This document shows, piece by piece, positions 53,619 through 64,000 of a stretch of 64,000 bases of DNA. Source of the stretch: Paraspadella gotoi (Eukaryota; Animalia; Chaetognatha). The translations under genes were made by a program, and so were the position numbers. Each line of letters starts with the position of its first letter. The stretch's first letter is position 1. The DNA lies in assembly GCA_051294375.1 (NCBI GenBank), contig JBJCIZ010000239.1:1169678-1233677 (forward strand), read 5' to 3'. The notes beneath the pieces were generated by a model that did no database searches, had not been told where the DNA came from, and worked only from the letters and a program-made list of their open reading frames with translations.

Positions 53619-55247
53619 NNNNNNNNNNNNNNNNNNNNNNNNNAGAGAGAGAGAGAGAGAGCGTGATATTTGAAGGAGACAGAGAGCAAGGTAAGAAAAA
53701 AAACAGACTAATGGAATTTTTCGATTGGCTAAGACAAGTTTTTTTTTACTCTATTTATTTTTTTAAATTTATATTTATTTTTTTTTGTTGCGGTTAAACT
53801 TAATAGGTAGGTCGATTACCCGATAACAAACAATATCGCCCAATTGAATCCAAAAATAACAAATTTTAAATAGTGTTGATTATTTATCGAATATACTGAC
53901 ATTAAAACCACAATAAGAAAAACAATTGCAATTTTTTTTTTACTTTTATTTCTCTTTGGTTTAAACAAAGAAGTGATTGAAATTCAATAGAAATGTTGAC
54001 TTTTTTGTCTCATCTTTTTTGCTTTTTGCTATTTACTTGCGTTTCATTTTTTCTTGTTTTTTTTAGATCTTATCTTATCTTATCTTATCTTATCTTATCT
54101 TATCTTATCTTATCTTATGAGACTAAGAATGAAAATGTCGGTTGTAATGTCTGCAATGTAATCAAGGAATAAAAAAATACCGAACGAGGTTTAGGAAAAA
54201 AAGTAATTTTTTACTGATTTTACGTAATTGAATTTGATATATTCTCCAATCTAGAATCTAGAAATTCTAGTGGAATTCTAGAATCTACGTAGTGTTTTCG
54301 AATTTTCATATTTTTCATTTTTTTTACTTACTACTAGATCAATACAAGGACTAGAATCTACATAGTGTTTTCGAATTTTCCTATTTTTAAATTTTCTTAC
54401 TTTACTACTGGATCAAGGACTTTTCGACAAAATAAAAAGAAACGTGAAAAGACGTAAGAACAAAAGAACATTGCCGATAAACTGCGACCTCTTTTGAATG
54501 AAACGTTGAAATAAAAAAACATAAGACTTGGCAATAAATGAAAGTTTTTATATCTATTTATTTATCCGCGATATAATTTTAGTTTTCTGTATTGGAAAAT
54601 TTGCAATTATAAATATTAAAAAATATACGAGCTAAGATTTTAGGAAAAAAACTCAAAAAAACTCGAACAAAATACATAATAATAATAAATTGAAAAAACA
54701 GAGAGAAACTTCTGTATAAGTTTTTTATTTACCATTTTCCATTTGTCATTCTTCATTTACAATGAATAAAAAAAAACATTCGGGGAAACTACTTGGAACC
54801 GTTAGGGAATACCCTCGTGCATGCCCTTACATGCCGTGCATGCACTTGTATGCCGTGCATGCACTTGTATGCCGTCATGCACTTGAGTGAACAATCTAAG
54901 AAGCAAATAGAATACTCTCAGTAAACTTCAGAGAATCATAAAAAAAATAAATAAATAAAAAAAAAATATTAAACCAAAAATTAAAGAAACTGGGGCTGAG
55001 AACTCAAGCAGCCTTGACCTTGACCTTGATCTCTCGTCAGTGTCCAGTGACTTTACCTGGCTTGTGCTATTCACAAAAGTCCTCGCGGACTCAAATACGT
55101 ACGTCTCGCGTTCGATCCCACTTCTCTGCTAAAAAAAGTCAGCGACTTTCCAACATGATTGTATAATGTAGATCCTCGGATATTTTTTCGCACGCACGAT
55201 GGCATTCCAACTGAAAAAAAAAAAATCGATAGATGGACCCAAAAAAA

Positions 55248-55458
55248 GGCCCTATTTTCAAACAGCGTCCCATTTCTGTTACTTAATTCCTAAACTTGAT
55301 TATAACCTAAATATTTAATCTATTACTATAAATATAACCAAATCAGTTATTCCCTAATCCTTAACCCTCACCTTTATCTCTTTTTTAATTTCTATCCTAA
55401 TCTTAATTTCCGATCCGAATTAAAGATGAAAATGGGGCGCTTTAGAAAAATAAGGTCC
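55248..55458. mobile_element. MITE-like TIR element with internal degenerate CCTAA tract
   Basis: GGCCCTATTTTC...GAAAAATAAGGTCC inverted termini; same family as 36509-37040. Confidence 0.55.
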
Positions 55459-55573
55459 AAGAGAATTCACTTATCCCTAACCCCCCCCCAACATCCTCCC
55501 TCTTCACCCTCTGTGTCATCATCTCCTTCCCCCCCCCTTCAATGCAATCGATTAAGACGATCTACAGTCTCAC

Positions 55574-61754
<6,181 letters not shown>

Positions 61755-62536
61755 TCTATGTCGTTCGAATTTGGTCGTAAAACTTATTCGCGTTGGATGG
61801 ATCGAAGCAGAGAATTAATGGAAGATGCGAAAATTAATTTATTTCGATCCGTCGCCAAAGTTTTCATCCAAATTCGAGGCTAATTCGTTAGTTTAAATAA
61901 ATAATTAGACGAATTTAAAGATATATTAATTATAATAGAAGCCGAGAGAGATCTTTGAAGTCGGAAAAAGGTTTCTCTCGGTTATTAGAGGTTAAAGTTT
62001 ATTGTCGTTGTTATTGTCGTCGCTGCACTAGTCTCCAACATAGTCGAAAGTTTGGCATTTCGTTGTTTAAGTTTGTTCTTTTATGTTCAATTGTATTGTA
62101 TTGCATTGTCTCCTTCCTATCTCGCATTAACTGTGACGAGTTATGCTATCTTTATTTCGCCTTAAAAATGTAAAATTCCATTTCATTTGTGCCAAGTCTT
62201 TGTTTCCGGCATAAAACTTTTCCGCTGGACGAACCTATTACAAATGCTGGAGACGTTAAAACTGAAAGGATCATGCTAGTTCAGTTATGATTATACTAAA
62301 GGGGAAAAAAAGAGGCGGATTTTTTTAAAGTTGGCCAAAGAAAGTGCCATCTATACCGTATTTCCTATTCAGTCAAGATTCTCATCTGAAAATTAAACAT
62401 TATTAAATTTAGTAAAATTAGAATAAATTTGGTCTTACCTAAGAGTTGAAAACGTCGAGTTTTGCAATGAAAGGAAAGTAGGGGTAAAAAAAGGGATGAA
62501 GAAATTAATTAATATTGATTTATGACGCGATATATA

Positions 62537-62642
62537 TGAAATTGGTACAACCGATATAAAATTTATCCATACATTTAATAAATAAGCTATCTTGCCCCCG
62601 ACTTTGGACAGGCTTTGGTGGGGGACAGGCCTCCATCACTCT
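62537..62642. mobile_element. Truncated dispersed copy of the 325-bp repeat
   Basis: Starts at the same ATGAAATTGGTACAACC boundary. Confidence 0.8.
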
Positions 62643-63351
62643 ATGACACAATATAAGACTCATCATTACTCCTTAGTCAAGTAAAACACTTTTAAAAACT
62701 TAACGCAATCCGACAGGCCACGTTGAGATAGTTTCACACATCATAAATGTGTCTGTGAAATTCACGGAATCGAGTGAGAATTACATCCGGTTTCTTTAAA
62801 AAACTGCGAGGGGCATTTTACTTCCGGTTTGAAATAAAAGAAAGAAACAAATAAAAAAAANNNNNNNNNNNNNNNNNNNNNNNNNNNNNNNNNNNNNNNN
62901 NNNNNNNNNNNNNNNNNNNNNNNNNNNNNNNNNNNNNNNNNNNNNNNNNNNNNNNNNNNNNNNNNNNNNNNNNNNNNNNNNNNNNNNNNNNNNNNNNNNN
63001 NNNNNNNNNNNNNNNNNNNNNNNNNNNNNNNNNNNNNNNNNNNNNNNNNNNNNNNNNNNNNNNNNNNNNNNNNNNNAGAGAGAGAGAGAGAGATGAGAAT
63101 TCTTCCGCCGTTCGAGTCACAGTCTGAAAGGGCGTCGTTCAACGTAAGAAAGTCGCATCCTTGTGTTATAGTCTTCTCGGCAAAGTGGAAAGTGGAATTA
63201 GGAAGGTGGAAAGCGGAAATGGGAAGGTGGAATTAGGAGGTAGAAAGTGTAAATGGGAAGGTGGAATTAGGAAGGTGGAAGGTAAAATAAGGAAGGAGAA
63301 AGATGGAAATATAAATTTTGGAATTAGGAAGGTGGAAGCTGAATGATTAAT

Positions 63352-63545
63352 GTGGAAATAGGAAAATGAGGAAAGTGAAAATAGGAAAATGAGGAAAGTG
63401 GAAATAGAAAAATGAGGAAAGTGGAAATAGGAAAATGAAAAAAGTGAAAATAGGAAAATGAGGAAAGTGGAAATAGGAAAATGAGGAAAGTGGAAATAGG
63501 AAAATGAGGAAAGAGGAAATAGGAAAATGAGGAAAGTGGAAATAG
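63352..63545. repeat. 23-bp purine-rich minisatellite (GGAAATAGGAAAATGAGGAAAGT), about 8 units
   Basis: Direct tandem units with degenerate flanks from ~63180 to 63600. Confidence 0.9.
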
Positions 63546-64000
63546 CAAGGCGGCTGTTGGAAAGTGGAAATAGCAAGGCGACGGTTGGAAAGTGGAAAAT
63601 AGTAAAAGAAAGACTGAAACTTAAAAAAAAGGCCAAATTAGAAATTAAAAGTAATTGTAAAAATGGAAAGTTGAAAGCGGAAAGTGAAAGAAAATTTTCA
63701 TACCAAAAGAAGAGGAGGGGAAAAGAGGAGGAAGCTATTAAATAGAAATTTAAAAATCGCAAAGTGGCGCATAAAAATCAGGCGAAAAGCTAAGGGGAAA
63801 AAGGGTTAAAAAAAATTATCAAATATAAAAATTGAAACAAAGTGAAACGGAAATAATAAAATAGAATAAAAGAAAGAATCGGGAAGATGTGAAATCCTTG
63901 ACTCACAAAAATTGTTTTTCTTTTTTAATTTTCACTCTTTTTTTTTCTCTTTTTCCTTTCTTTGTTTTTAAATTCTTTATATATATCTAATTTTTCTTTG

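Noticed and set aside
55080-55130. tRNA-Leu gene
   Set aside because: Only a B-box and 3' resemblance (GTTCGATCCCACTTCT); no cloverleaf. At most a SINE relic.

Overview
Eukaryotic (metazoan, invertebrate-like) genomic DNA with GC-rich exons, short AT-rich introns, many (GA)n/(GAC)n microsatellites, several N-gaps and scattered 1-bp indels that look like assembly noise. Genes: the 3' end of a Sidekick Ig/FN3 adhesion gene (+); 13 internal exons of a conventional protein kinase C (-), whose first and last exons I cannot find in the window; a 17-exon Spinster-family MFS transporter (+) nested antisense in one PKC intron; a CUB-CUB-CUB-LDLa single-pass receptor (-) whose ~9.7-kb intron holds three antisense coiled-coil/C-terminal RING-HC paralogs plus a ~325-bp tandem array; and a five-finger C2H2 gene (-). 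The main observations are this multi-level nesting, the ~325-bp repeat family (fixed hairpin end, variable other end, head-to-tail multimers, no TSD at the one testable site) that suggests rolling-circle or circular-template mobility, and a Penelope-type minimal hammerhead ribozyme in the sense strand of a PKC intron. The right third is mostly non-coding, with repeats, two tandem duplications (one probably an assembly artefact) and a CRE/CCAAT promoter-like site. All identifications are by eye and from memory of the families; no searches were run.
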